A DNA stretch of 64,000 bases, taken from assembly GCA_020696385.1 (NCBI GenBank), contig JAEHCQ010000001.1, forward strand, positions 608,001 to 672,000. The letters run 5' to 3'. This document shows, in pieces, positions 48,701-58,645 of this stretch. Under the pieces are notes generated by a model. That model had not been told where the DNA came from. It was given only the letters and a program-made list of their open reading frames with translations, and made no database searches. The first letter of the stretch is position 1, and the number at the start of each line of letters is the position of its first letter. This DNA comes from Methanobacteriota archaeon (GTDB taxonomy: Archaea > Thermoplasmatota > Thermoplasmata > SG8-5 > JAGLSY01). A program made the translations under genes and the position numbers.

Positions 48701-51700
48701 GTTGCAGATGAATATCACAGGCGAACATTTGAGTTATACTCTGATGGGAATATCACCGCGACCATAGAGAACAATATCATCATCATCGGAAGTGACAATT
48801 ATTGTAGAGATAATGACAGGTGGGTGTTCTATGTAACGGCCAATGAAAATATTACCCTGGATCTGATCAATAATAATATCACGATCACCGATGCCTGGGT
48901 ATATACTTCATTTTTCTACATTGAGTCATTCGACCAAAACATGGATCTTGGATTTGAGGGTAATGATATCTACATCACTGGAGACCTGATGGATAATTAC
49001 CATGTGGATGATTTCACACAGGATTGGAAACCCGTCTTCGAGATCTATGCCTATAATGGAGATATGGATTTCACCTTTATAGACAATGTTGTTGATATTA
49101 CCTTACACGGAGCGCATTTGTTCGATGTGGAATCTGATAATATGACTTTGACATTTGATAACAATGACATCAATATCCAAAGGTACATGTTCGATGGATT
49201 TGAATTCTTTGCCGATAACAATATGACCGCATCTTTTAGTCAAAACACAATAATCATGACAGATACTATGACCACCACGTACTTATACGAAAATAAAAAG
49301 GACTTCATAGAATTTGATGCAGACAATGGTGACATGACTTTAGATATATCTGGAAACAATATCATAACATATGGGGTCGGTTACTGTATTGATCGAATAT
49401 TCAACATCGATGCGAGTATAGATATAGATATCACGATTGCGGATAATTACATTCAATCAAAAGTGATTGAGCTCAGAGAAGTGTTTGATGTATATGCAAG
49501 TAATGGTGATCTTACCGCGAATATAACTGGGAATGATATTGAAATCGTATCTCTGGGTAGCGACTTCCCAGAATTATATTCCGTATTTAATCTTGAAAGT
49601 AATGACAATGCCGATGTGTTCTTCTCAATGAACAGGTATTATGGAGATGGTCGAATCGGCCCAGACGGATTACTTGGTGTCGATGCCGATACTGGAGATG
49701 TTATTGTATCAGATAATGAGTTCATTGTGGAAAATATAATGGACGATGACGGGTGCTCCTTTGTGAACCTAGATATCGGAAATTTCCTCAATACCACAAT
49801 AGCCAACAATTATTTCGAGTACTCGGAGATGATAGCATCCTTGGACATTGATATTGGAACCTTGATATCCATTGGTAATGAATGGGGCGTACCAGGAAAT
49901 ATCAGTGCTGATCTTCTGGACAATACAATATTGATCAATATTCAGGGCGGAGGCGGACCAACTGGTGGTGGAATAATCAGCATACTTGGTAATGGTGACA
50001 TATATACGGATATCATTGGCAATGACATCAGATACAACCACATTGCCATCTTCTCAAATAGTGCAAACCTTGAAGGAGCCATCACCATCGGTGCTACTGG
50101 CGGATCTGCTTATGCTGATAACATCTATGCCAAAATATCAGACAATACGATAATCGCGGATTTCGATAAAGATGCAGATGCTGGAGGCGGTATCAAGGTG
50201 GTTTCTCAGAATAATATAACTCTTGAGATGAACAACAATATCGTCCAGGGATTATGGGATGAGGTTTACAATGAGGATGATAGGTATGATTTCAGTGTCA
50301 GGATCGGGGAATGGTGCAGTGGTGCCTCTCTGACCCAAAATGTGTTCGCGACCATGAGGGATAACATTTTCGGACCTGGTGGAAAGGCAAGTGCCTTGAA
50401 GATCAATGCCCAGAACATCCTAGAACTTGATATGATTGGTGGCTCAGTGGTAGGAGCCCTATACGGTAACTGGTGCTCAGGCGGGGATGAGATGAACGGA
50501 AACGGGATCACTCTTCTGGCCAACACCATGGATGTTGACATCTCGGGTGTCGATGTCTACGACAACCGCGGAGCTGGAATTTACATCGAGGCTCTGATGG
50601 GCGGGGATGTTGATATCTCTGATTGTGACATCTATAGCAATTACTGGCATGGTATATACCTGGTCAGCCAGAACGGGGTATTGGATGCCACTGGTTCCAT
50701 AGAGAATGTACAGGTTTACGACAATGGTGGTAATTGGAATGGTGACCTTCCAAGTATTGGTAGTGGACTGTTCACGATGAATACGATCATCGACCTGGAG
50801 AGTAGCTTCTTCGACAACCCCGATGCGGAATTCGATCTGGAATTGATCGCTTGCTCCAATGTAACAGCCTTGGACACAATATTTAACAAGAATAAGGTTA
50901 GTGTTGAGGGCAGCGCAGCAAACCTGACCGGAGATATGGCCGAAGGATTCCAGCCTGCCTGGCAGGGTGTGGCTAACGGCTCTTTCAGGATAGGTATCGA
51001 TGGTGTCTTCGCAGATGTCGATGGCCTTGACTTCTCTGGAATAGCAACAATGGATGATGTGGCCAATATCATTGAGAATGGATTGCAAGCTGTAGGAAGC
51101 GGTGGATTCACCAATGCTACCTGTGTTTGGGATGGAATGAGCTTTGTCATAACATCTGGAACCGTAGGAAGACCTTCCACCATCACAGCAGTAACTTCAC
51201 ACAGTGGAGCCATTGGAACGGATATATCTGGTAATGTGGAATCATCGTATTCGGCAACATTGACTGGTGGGCCAGCGGCTGACGGTGATGTACTCAACTG
51301 GAACTCCACGAATGATGGGAGTTTCACCATTTCGATGGACGGTTCACTTTGGAACCTCGCAGGTATTGATTTCACCACAGCCACCACGATGGACGATGTG
51401 GCAACAATAATCCAAACCGCATTGCAGGCAGTGCCATTGACTGGTTTCATTGCTGCAACATGTACATGGAATGGAACTGCCTTTACTATCATGTCCGGAA
51501 CCCAGCGCCCGACCACGAGCATAACGAATGTGACTGCTGGTACTTCAGGAACTGATGTATCGGGATTGATGGATTGCGGTGACAACGGTGTCATCACTAT
51601 CACTCCGATCATCTACTGGATGGCATGCGTTACTGGTGTTACCATCGTGCCCGGAAATTCCTCGGCTCTCACTGTGCAGTGGTATATGCATGTCAAGGCC

Positions 51701-53410
51701 GAGCAGCAGGGAACGGGACTTGGATTGCCAAATGCAACGGTCGAGGTTCGTGATATCAATGGATTGCTTGTAGCATCTGGAATCACAGGAACAGACGGAT
51801 ACGTACACTGGATAACCGGGCAGGAGTACTTCCAGCTGAACAACTCCATAACCATGTACACACCACACACCATTACCGCGTCAAAGGGTGCGTCCAATGG
51901 CAATGTGGTTTCTACCATCGACATGTCCAAAGACGTTATTGTTATACTTAATTATGTAACTGGACCTCCAACAGCAGATGCTGGATCTGACCAAATAGTG
52001 AATGAAGATACGGTCGTGACCTTCGACGGCTCGGGTTCCACTGATGACGTGTTCTGGATAACAAACTGGACATGGGCCTTCATATCGGATAATCAAACTA
52101 TAGAGTTGTATGGAGTCAGCCCGGCCTATATATTCACAGAACCTGGTGAATACAATGTAACATTGACAGTGACTGATTACGAGGGATTCACGAACTCATC
52201 CATAGTCAACATAATTGTTCTTGATGTGACACCACCGATAGCTGTTGCAGGTCCAGATCAAACTGTTGATGAGGATACTGTCGTGACATTCAATGGAACT
52301 GGTTGCACTGACAATGTGGGTATTGTGAACTATACCTGGACATTCATGAATGGTACCCTGCAAACATTGTACGGGGAGTCGCCATCCTATGTATTTACTG
52401 AACCGGGTGTTTATGTCATCACTCTAATAATATTAGATGAGGTAGGCAACAATGCTAATGGCACATTTACAGTAACCGTTCATGATGTGACACCACCAGC
52501 AATAGTTGGAGGTGGACTGACAGAGGCCGAAGGTTCAACAGTGACCTTGGATGCTTCTGCAAGCACGGACAATGTGGGTATTATTGGCTATGAATGGTCC
52601 TTCAATGACGGGGCAAATGATGTCTTGTTAACCGGTGATGTTGTTAACTACACGTTCATGAACATCGGCAACTTTACCTTGACCATTACAGCATGGGATG
52701 CAGCCGGGAACATTGGCACATTGATCACATGGATTAACATTGTTGATATGACAGCACCAGATGTGCTTGTGATCGCCCCTGGAGAGGCATTGGAAGAAGT
52801 TCCTCTCAGTTGGGATCTCATCATCGTATTCACAGAAGAGATGGACAGGATGACTGTTCAGGAAGCTTTTGACATCGATGGAGCGAATGTGAGTGGCTTT
52901 GTTTGGGATGCGTCTGGAAGATATGTCACAATATCATTCGAAGAGTTGGATGAGAACATGACATACACATTCACTGTAGGAGCCAATGCAACAGATATTG
53001 CAGGCAATGTGATGGGGACAGCACACACAGATAGCTTCATGACCATGGAAGCCGCAATCACACCGGGTTCGGTTGATGATGTTGATGATGTTGATGATGA
53101 TGATTCTTCAGACGACATAGCTGACTCAGGCAATGACTTCATGTGGATCCTGATAATCATCATACTGGTGGTCATCATAGTGATCCAGGCAATGATGAAG
53201 GGTAAGAAACCAGAGGATGAAGATATCCCAACATCAGATGATGGAGCAGTAGAACCAGCAGCGGCACCTGTGGCAGAACCAGTTGTTGAGGAAGCACCAG
53301 CTACAGATTCTGAAGCAGCTCCTGAGCCAGTCGCAGAACCCGAGGTCGAGGCAGATATTGCCCCGGAAGAACCAGGTGACATCTCAGCAGATGACCTCGT
53401 ATCTGAGTGA
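45749..53410 (+). CDS. Giant cell-surface glycoprotein/adhesin, paralog of 219..6878 (4 DUF3383-like modules, longer beta-helix, 3 PKD, Ig, TM, acidic tail)
   Basis: Same N-terminus (IEGDWVV, LTGNLTIP), PKD/Ig block, GNDFMWILIIIILVVII and end ADDLVSE. Confidence 0.85.
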   Translation: MIRKVYAILISLAMVSVVFMNMVVLGATVPPPPDDITNGDQFIEGDWVVTTPDDYFENENIYLTGNLTIPAGETLTLVNTTILMNCSFIGQFHIEVQDGGTLIMQDGGDGFMPTDIMDSDASQLTVNNTNFNAYFWIRQNAVVDIQNSIVDNMGDISTLNGEMIGANNAEPDFAIWATITDGTFGVSIDGNYADIGPIDFTGVTSMNDVRSRIQTAIQAIGTGGFTNAQCNWDGNSFAITSGTDISLNIMESSVSALVTNSGANGTDISGIIPSSYSAILTGGLAVDSNPANWAPIVDGNFTITIDGDAQNIGPIDFTGVATMLDVANRIQTGLQTIGTGGYIGATCVWTGVNFIITSGNIDPAPTITVLGTPGLGTDLSVLTDCGASGIVTTPPVYWWMDSAANGMELPVFESNTGIYIQSDSVVIENSMIFDNYNGLIFDSCFPASLASTMIAGNDGFGIGIGNMTNPAYVVNGIINDVMLFSNTGSGIEIAVQDVVIEMYNIHADDNNHGVEIISSNTIDATVYDSILENSGFVGLYLNAMDTMVCDIDNVNTSFGGHGMYLYAENALNAMISDSDIWGNNADLCAWPGPAPAAAMYLDTNNGELTAIVERNTIVENWGVQDGGVVAIGIDGPWGSPSSSNTTLTFTDNVLIGNGDKSTGSMINNFGAQNILDIDMTGNYFSGSDNFNWAENLYMYSNGNLELNFVDNVMDCNGDKNWMVLWYLLYIYADDFMNVTMNDNSFDINHRHVDGASFNVEAGETMNFDFVNNIVYDESDSSNNNDGVFYFESNNGDVNLNFQESTIYCDIDGSYMDAIVYGYAGGDMSASFIDCTIGGEFDSLYHIFWFSGNENASITFENIMVDVDCNEVHEGLYITANDVLDVTITDCFIYIYSDSLKEAFYFENADTINANFIRNAISFTNEPDMWDSFYIRNCEDINVIIMDNYIEFDVGSFPYSYEGSAFHFECSNNLTAIIKNNYLPIVADEYHRRTFELYSDGNITATIENNIIIIGSDNYCRDNDRWVFYVTANENITLDLINNNITITDAWVYTSFFYIESFDQNMDLGFEGNDIYITGDLMDNYHVDDFTQDWKPVFEIYAYNGDMDFTFIDNVVDITLHGAHLFDVESDNMTLTFDNNDINIQRYMFDGFEFFADNNMTASFSQNTIIMTDTMTTTYLYENKKDFIEFDADNGDMTLDISGNNIITYGVGYCIDRIFNIDASIDIDITIADNYIQSKVIELREVFDVYASNGDLTANITGNDIEIVSLGSDFPELYSVFNLESNDNADVFFSMNRYYGDGRIGPDGLLGVDADTGDVIVSDNEFIVENIMDDDGCSFVNLDIGNFLNTTIANNYFEYSEMIASLDIDIGTLISIGNEWGVPGNISADLLDNTILINIQGGGGPTGGGIISILGNGDIYTDIIGNDIRYNHIAIFSNSANLEGAITIGATGGSAYADNIYAKISDNTIIADFDKDADAGGGIKVVSQNNITLEMNNNIVQGLWDEVYNEDDRYDFSVRIGEWCSGASLTQNVFATMRDNIFGPGGKASALKINAQNILELDMIGGSVVGALYGNWCSGGDEMNGNGITLLANTMDVDISGVDVYDNRGAGIYIEALMGGDVDISDCDIYSNYWHGIYLVSQNGVLDATGSIENVQVYDNGGNWNGDLPSIGSGLFTMNTIIDLESSFFDNPDAEFDLELIACSNVTALDTIFNKNKVSVEGSAANLTGDMAEGFQPAWQGVANGSFRIGIDGVFADVDGLDFSGIATMDDVANIIENGLQAVGSGGFTNATCVWDGMSFVITSGTVGRPSTITAVTSHSGAIGTDISGNVESSYSATLTGGPAADGDVLNWNSTNDGSFTISMDGSLWNLAGIDFTTATTMDDVATIIQTALQAVPLTGFIAATCTWNGTAFTIMSGTQRPTTSITNVTAGTSGTDVSGLMDCGDNGVITITPIIYWMACVTGVTIVPGNSSALTVQWYMHVKAEQQGTGLGLPNATVEVRDINGLLVASGITGTDGYVHWITGQEYFQLNNSITMYTPHTITASKGASNGNVVSTIDMSKDVIVILNYVTGPPTADAGSDQIVNEDTVVTFDGSGSTDDVFWITNWTWAFISDNQTIELYGVSPAYIFTEPGEYNVTLTVTDYEGFTNSSIVNIIVLDVTPPIAVAGPDQTVDEDTVVTFNGTGCTDNVGIVNYTWTFMNGTLQTLYGESPSYVFTEPGVYVITLIILDEVGNNANGTFTVTVHDVTPPAIVGGGLTEAEGSTVTLDASASTDNVGIIGYEWSFNDGANDVLLTGDVVNYTFMNIGNFTLTITAWDAAGNIGTLITWINIVDMTAPDVLVIAPGEALEEVPLSWDLIIVFTEEMDRMTVQEAFDIDGANVSGFVWDASGRYVTISFEELDENMTYTFTVGANATDIAGNVMGTAHTDSFMTMEAAITPGSVDDVDDVDDDDSSDDIADSGNDFMWILIIIILVVIIVIQAMMKGKKPEDEDIPTSDDGAVEPAAAPVAEPVVEEAPATDSEAAPEPVAEPEVEADIAPEEPGDISADDLVSE

Positions 53411-53420
53411 AGCAAGACGA

Positions 53421-53468
53421 AGCAAAATAGGGAAGGCTGAAAACGCCTTCCCTCCTTTTCATTTTTAA
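53421..53468 (+). terminator. Hairpin plus T-tract terminator of surface protein 2
   Basis: AGGGAAGGC/GCCTTCCCT stem. Confidence 0.75.
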
Positions 53469-53520
53469 AAGAATGTGACTATACCAATAATTTCCACGTA
53501 TTTTATTCATTGAATGATTA

Positions 53521-54651
53521 TTATGAGATACTAACCCTGACCCTGGCCTTGGATCTCTTTCCTTTTTCATTCCTCATGAACACCAGGAATATTATCAGGG
53601 CAACCAATGATGCCAGTGTGGCGAGATACATAGTCGCGTAGTATCCGAACATGCCGGCCACCACACCTCCGATTAGTGCGCCCCCTATCGATGATATATT
53701 AAGGACCGAATTAAGGAGACCAGTCGCGGTCGCCCTTTCCTTATTTCTGGACATTATGAATTTTATCGAGCCCACATAAAGGAAAGCCCAGGCCGTGCCC
53801 AGCAATACCTGGGTAGGCAATAATTGCCAAATATTCTGACATAATGTGAAGGAGGCGAAGGTTATCATCGACAGTATGAGACCCCATATTATCAGAGTCT
53901 TGCTCTTGGCCCGGAGTTTTCTCATGACCAGGAACTGGGTAAGAGAATTGATCCCGTATATCACCCCGATCCAGAAGAAAGAGCCACCAATCTCCATCAC
54001 GTATATCGGGAATATCACCCATATGGTGCAGGCTCCCATATGTCTTACCAGGATAGCGAGGTAGATCGGCAGGTTCTTCTTTATGACCTTAATAGGAAAG
54101 AGCGGAACCTTGACCTTGTGTTCCTGAACCTTGGGCATCTTCATAGATACGAGGAATGATAGGAAAAGAAGAATCGCGCTTAGCAGAAAAGGAGCGATGT
54201 AAGGATTGCTCATTACCGCTATTGTCGCTAGAACGCCAGCAACAATAGTGCCCAGTCCCCACCCCAGAGAACCATAGGCCATGAACTTGCCCATCTTCCA
54301 TTTAGATTCATAAGCATAGGCCATCAAAGCAGCGGGGAAGATACCTGCTGAAAAACCCATCAGGGCCCTGGTCATAAGAAGGGTCATGGGGTCATGAGAT
54401 AGTATTTGAAGCAAAGCGGCGAATGTCGAGAATATAAGGCCGAATCTCAGGAATAAACGTCGGCCATGTACATCCGCCAATCTTCCAAATATATAGGAAG
54501 ATATCAGAGAAGCCGTACCGTAACCAGCGACTATCAAGCCTATCTGGACCTCGCTGGCTCCGAGATCCTTGGCGAACAATGGGATCAGGAATAAGGAGGA
54601 AAACCAGGCGGCATTTGACATCATGTTGATCATCGCGGCTTTCATAAACAT
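53521..54651 (-). CDS. MFS transporter
   Basis: About 12 hydrophobic segments; motif A GRLADVHGRR. Confidence 0.88.
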   Translation of the reverse strand: MFMKAAMINMMSNAAWFSSLFLIPLFAKDLGASEVQIGLIVAGYGTASLISSYIFGRLADVHGRRLFLRFGLIFSTFAALLQILSHDPMTLLMTRALMGFSAGIFPAALMAYAYESKWKMGKFMAYGSLGWGLGTIVAGVLATIAVMSNPYIAPFLLSAILLFLSFLVSMKMPKVQEHKVKVPLFPIKVIKKNLPIYLAILVRHMGACTIWVIFPIYVMEIGGSFFWIGVIYGINSLTQFLVMRKLRAKSKTLIIWGLILSMITFASFTLCQNIWQLLPTQVLLGTAWAFLYVGSIKFIMSRNKERATATGLLNSVLNISSIGGALIGGVVAGMFGYYATMYLATLASLVALIIFLVFMRNEKGKRSKARVRVSIS

Positions 54652-54711
54652 GGGAATGGTATTGGGTATTTAAAAATGTATGAAGTGAAGCGGATAAAGC
54701 AAATGAATTTT

Positions 54712-54802
54712 CGAGCAGGGTGGGGCGAGTTTTCTTTATTTGTCCGCCTTTTTTCTTTTGGAGCCACATCCAGCGCAGAAAATTCCTAAAAGAAAAAAGT
54801 GG
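54712..54802 (+). repeat. Structured intergenic repeat A, copy 3
   Basis: CGAGCAGGGTGGGGCGAGTTTTCTTTATTTGTCCGC-CTTTTTTCTTTT-GGAGCCACATCCAGCGCAGAAAATTCCT-AAAAGAAAAAAG. Confidence 0.85.
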
Positions 54803-54808
54803 GAGGGG

Positions 54809-54855
54809 AACCAGGCGGCATTTGACATCATGTTGATCATCGCGGCTTTCATAAA
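54809..54855 (+). repeat. 47-bp exact duplicate of 54602-54648 (5' end of the MFS coding sequence)
   Basis: AACCAGGCGGCATTTGACATCATGTTGATCATCGCGGCTTTCATAAA occurs twice, 207 bp apart. Confidence 0.92.
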
Positions 54856-55263
54856 GACGGAAATAAAGGGCGGCTACTTAAACCCGCTACATCGAAGACC
54901 AATAGATAAAAAGGAAAAAGGCAGGGAAGTCAAGTATGAGGGAGGAGATGAGTGGGCTAACACATGAGATATATTCTTACCTGTGCCGTCCCTGCAATAT
55001 GAATGAATCTGTTACCTGATTAATAAGGAGATTGGTACGGATTTTTGTGTAATATTTAACCTTACTTGTACAATATTTTGTATAATAAAAAGTTATTAAT
55101 CAGTGAAAATAGGCAACAATTTATGGGCTCTTTATAGTCAATTGATAAAACACTATTAAAGGTCTTTCGGCACAAGGTTTATATCATAAAATCGCAGTGC
55201 CTTTTGTCTTGGGAACGGGATGCAGAAGCCTAGTGTTTTCAGTATTTTCTCAGGGGTGGTTGA

Positions 55264-57495
55264 GTGAGTATCAGCAAGAACGCATTAACAGTACTGGAGC
55301 GCCGTTATCTGGCAAAGGACGATAATGGGAAATTGATCGAAGGACCAGAGGATATGTTCAGAAGAGTTGCGAAGAACATTGCCTCGGCAGAAGCCAATTA
55401 TGGAAAGAGTAAAAAAGATATCAAAAAGATAGAAAACGAGTTCTACAATTTGATGGCAGATCTTGACTTTCTGCCAAACTCACCAACCCTGATGAATGCT
55501 GGAAGGGATATTCAGCAATTATCCGCATGTTTCGTACTCCCAGTGGGCGATTCCATGGAGAGTATCTTTGATGCGCTCAAGAACGCGGCCCTTATCCATA
55601 AAAGTGGAGGAGGAACTGGTTTTTCATTTACTAGATTGAGGCCTAAGAACGATCCCGTCATGTCCACCAGCGGGGTGAGCAGTGGGCCGATATCCTTCAT
55701 GAAGGTCTTCAATGCGGCCACTGAGGCCATCAAGCAAGGTGGTACCCGCAGAGGTGCCAATATGGGTATATTGCGTGTCGATCACCCAGATATCATGGAG
55801 TTCATAAAATGCAAAGAAGATCTGAGTGTTCTGACGAACTTCAATATCTCCGTGGCCATAACGGACAAGTTCATGAAAGCCCTGAAAAAGGGTGAGGAAT
55901 ATGATCTGATAAACCCCAAAGATGGTAAGAAATGTGGCAAAGCCAGTGCCAAAGAGGTTTATGATGCGATATCCAGCATGGCCTGGAAGACAGGAGATCC
56001 TGGTATGGTCTTCATAGACCGTATCAACAAATTCAACCCCACACCACATGTTGGAGAGGTGGAGAGTACCAATCCATGCGGTGAGCAGCCGCTTCTCCCA
56101 TACGAATCATGCAATCTGGGTTCCATCAACCTCAGCCATATGATGAAGGATGAGGAAGTGGACTGGGACAGGCTCAGGAAAGTGGTGCATACTTCTGTCA
56201 GATTCCTTGATAATGTCATAGACATGAACAAATATCCTTTACCAGAAATAGATGAAATGACCAAGGCCAATAGGAAGATCGGTTTGGGGATAATGGGATG
56301 GGCCGACATGCTTATCCTGATGGATATTCCATATGAATCTACCCAGGCATACAAGTTTGCAAAGAAGATCATGGGCTTTGTTCAGGATGAGGGGTGGATA
56401 GCCTCCGAGAACCTGGCCAAAGAAAGAGGAACATTCCCCAGTTTCAAAGGCAGTATATTTGAAAATGACAGGAAGGTGAGGAATGCCACCATCACGACGA
56501 TCGCTCCTACTGGCACTATATCCATGATCGCGGATTGTTCCAGTGGAATAGAACCAATTTATTCCATCGCGTATGTGAAGACCGTGATGGATGATGACGC
56601 ACTTCATTATGTGCATCCTTTCTTCAAAGAGAAATGTGAAGAACGAGGTATATACACGGACGAGCTGGAAGAGGCCATTGTCAAACTGGGAACCACATCC
56701 AACATACCGGGTTTCCCGAGCGATCTAAAATCACTTTTCAAGACCGCCCATGAAATATCCGCTGAAGGTCATGTCAGGATGCAGGCGGCCTTCCAGAAAC
56801 ACACGGACAATGCTGTTTCCAAGACCGTTAATCTGAATACCAGTGCGACAAAGGAAGATATCGCCAATGTTTACAACCTGGCATTTGAAACAGGTTGTAA
56901 GGGCATTACTGTTTACAGGGATGGTTGCAGAGGAACTCAGGTCCTGGAATCGGGTAGCAGTGCCAGTAAGAGCAAGACCGATACCGCGGTTCACCAGACT
57001 AAATTATCGGATATCGGTATTGACAGTAATGGCAAGCTGAGGCCAAGGCCAAGACCACTGATGATACATGGAGCCACGCACAGGATGAAGACCGGGTGCG
57101 GATACCTGTATGTGACGGTCAATGAGGATAATAACAAACTATTCGAGCTCTTTGCCAGAATGGGAAAGACAGGTGGATGTGCTGCCAGTCAGACCGAGGC
57201 CATTGGCAGATTGATATCCCTGGCATTGAGAGCGGGCATTGATTCAAGTAATATCATAGAGCAATTGAAAGGCATCAGATGTCCCGAGCGAGCACTGGGT
57301 AAGGATAAGATATATTCATGCCCGGATGCGATAGGAAAGGCCATCGAAGGCCATCTTAAAAACAAAGGACAGGTAATACAGGAAATGACGAAACTGGATA
57401 GTGGAGTGAGACCTGAATGTCCAGAATGCGGTGGACCTATCGCATTCATCGAGGGTTGTTTGATCTGCCAAAACTGTGGCTTCTCGAAATGTTAA
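55264..57495 (+). CDS. nrdJ: Class II (adenosylcobalamin-dependent) ribonucleotide reductase with C-terminal TSCPD/Zn-ribbon domain
   Basis: PNSPTLMNAG, LSACFV, TNPCGEQPL, CNLGS, IAPTGTIS, SCPDAIG, CPECG; GTG start with GGGGTGG RBS. Confidence 0.92.
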   Translation: MSISKNALTVLERRYLAKDDNGKLIEGPEDMFRRVAKNIASAEANYGKSKKDIKKIENEFYNLMADLDFLPNSPTLMNAGRDIQQLSACFVLPVGDSMESIFDALKNAALIHKSGGGTGFSFTRLRPKNDPVMSTSGVSSGPISFMKVFNAATEAIKQGGTRRGANMGILRVDHPDIMEFIKCKEDLSVLTNFNISVAITDKFMKALKKGEEYDLINPKDGKKCGKASAKEVYDAISSMAWKTGDPGMVFIDRINKFNPTPHVGEVESTNPCGEQPLLPYESCNLGSINLSHMMKDEEVDWDRLRKVVHTSVRFLDNVIDMNKYPLPEIDEMTKANRKIGLGIMGWADMLILMDIPYESTQAYKFAKKIMGFVQDEGWIASENLAKERGTFPSFKGSIFENDRKVRNATITTIAPTGTISMIADCSSGIEPIYSIAYVKTVMDDDALHYVHPFFKEKCEERGIYTDELEEAIVKLGTTSNIPGFPSDLKSLFKTAHEISAEGHVRMQAAFQKHTDNAVSKTVNLNTSATKEDIANVYNLAFETGCKGITVYRDGCRGTQVLESGSSASKSKTDTAVHQTKLSDIGIDSNGKLRPRPRPLMIHGATHRMKTGCGYLYVTVNEDNNKLFELFARMGKTGGCAASQTEAIGRLISLALRAGIDSSNIIEQLKGIRCPERALGKDKIYSCPDAIGKAIEGHLKNKGQVIQEMTKLDSGVRPECPECGGPIAFIEGCLICQNCGFSKC

Positions 57496-57546
57496 GATCG
57501 GATCAAACACTCGATACGTGCATAGTAAGACCCGTGTTTGACAAAA

Positions 57547-57628
57547 AAGATGCATGCATTTACTGTAAATGCACATCTTAAAAAAATGAAAGGAATGTCC
57601 AGCCTATGTATGGCTGGACATTATTTTT
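57547..57628. terminator. Two hairpins between convergent nrdJ and aqpZ
   Basis: TGCATTTAC/GTAAATGCA and perfect 11-bp AATGTCCAGCC/GGCTGGACATT. Confidence 0.65.
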
Positions 57629-57636
57629 AACTTAAT

Positions 57637-58350
57637 TCACTTCCTGGGTTCCAGGACGTATTTCCACACTACAGCTGCTATGACTGCGCCGATTATCGGA
57701 GCCAGCCAGAACATCCAAAGTTGTTCCAGAGCCAGTGTGTTCTCCATCGCCATGACCAATGCAGGTCCCAAGCTTCTTGCAGGGTTGACGGATGTTCCGG
57801 TTATTGGAATTCCGACAATGTGCACGAAGGTCAAAGTAAGACCAATGGCCACTCCAGCGAAGGAGTTCTCAGACTTCTTCGATGTCGCACCCAGCACTAC
57901 AAGCAAGAAGATGAAAGTAAGGACAACCTCGGCTATGAAAGCGGATATCAATGGATAGTTATCTGGAGATGCAGTATCGTATCCATTCTGACCCAGTCCA
58001 ACAGATTCCAGGTCATATCCAGCATGTCCATTCACTATGGAGAAGAGTATGAGAGCGCCAATTATCGCTCCTATGCTCTGATATATTATGTACATGATGG
58101 CATCGCTTTGCTTGATCTTTTTAGATACCAACATCGCGATGGTTATGGCCGGATTTATATGGCAGCCAGATATTGGCCCGATGGCATATACCAGGGCCAG
58201 GACCGTAAGTCCAAAGGCGAATGAGATTCCAAGGAATCCAACATTTCCGCCTGCGATCACCGCACTACCACATCCTATGAAAACAAGGATCATGGTTCCC
58301 AATAGTTCAGCTATATATCTTCTATCTAATACATTGATTTCTTCTGACAT
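57637..58350 (-). CDS. aqpZ: Aquaporin (MIP family)
   Basis: SGCHINPA and SVNPARS; start trimmed to MSEEI. Confidence 0.9.
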   Translation of the reverse strand: MSEEINVLDRRYIAELLGTMILVFIGCGSAVIAGGNVGFLGISFAFGLTVLALVYAIGPISGCHINPAITIAMLVSKKIKQSDAIMYIIYQSIGAIIGALILFSIVNGHAGYDLESVGLGQNGYDTASPDNYPLISAFIAEVVLTFIFLLVVLGATSKKSENSFAGVAIGLTLTFVHIVGIPITGTSVNPARSLGPALVMAMENTLALEQLWMFWLAPIIGAVIAAVVWKYVLEPRK

Positions 58351-58645
58351 TGCTTCACATCCCACGTATGATTTAAATTCCAAGTGGTAAATAGATATAA
58401 TAGTATAAAAATGTTTTATATAAATGATTATTTCTAAAATATCATTGTTATTTAAAGTACTGGCTCATCGTTTTTTGTAATACTTCGATCTTTTCAATTT
58501 TGGGCGGCCAGTGCTCGAAATGTATAAACGAGCACTGTTTTGACAGAACAAAACACTATTTAACCCGAAATTTATGTCGGATGTATTGATGAGAGGGTCA
58601 TGATCCATGATTTTTCCCATATAATGCATAGATGGAGGCAGCTAG

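Noticed and set aside
54900-55263. Cobalamin riboswitch upstream of nrdJ
   Set aside because: Only a 7-bp GCAGGGA/TCCCTGC pairing; conserved B12-box elements were not recognisable
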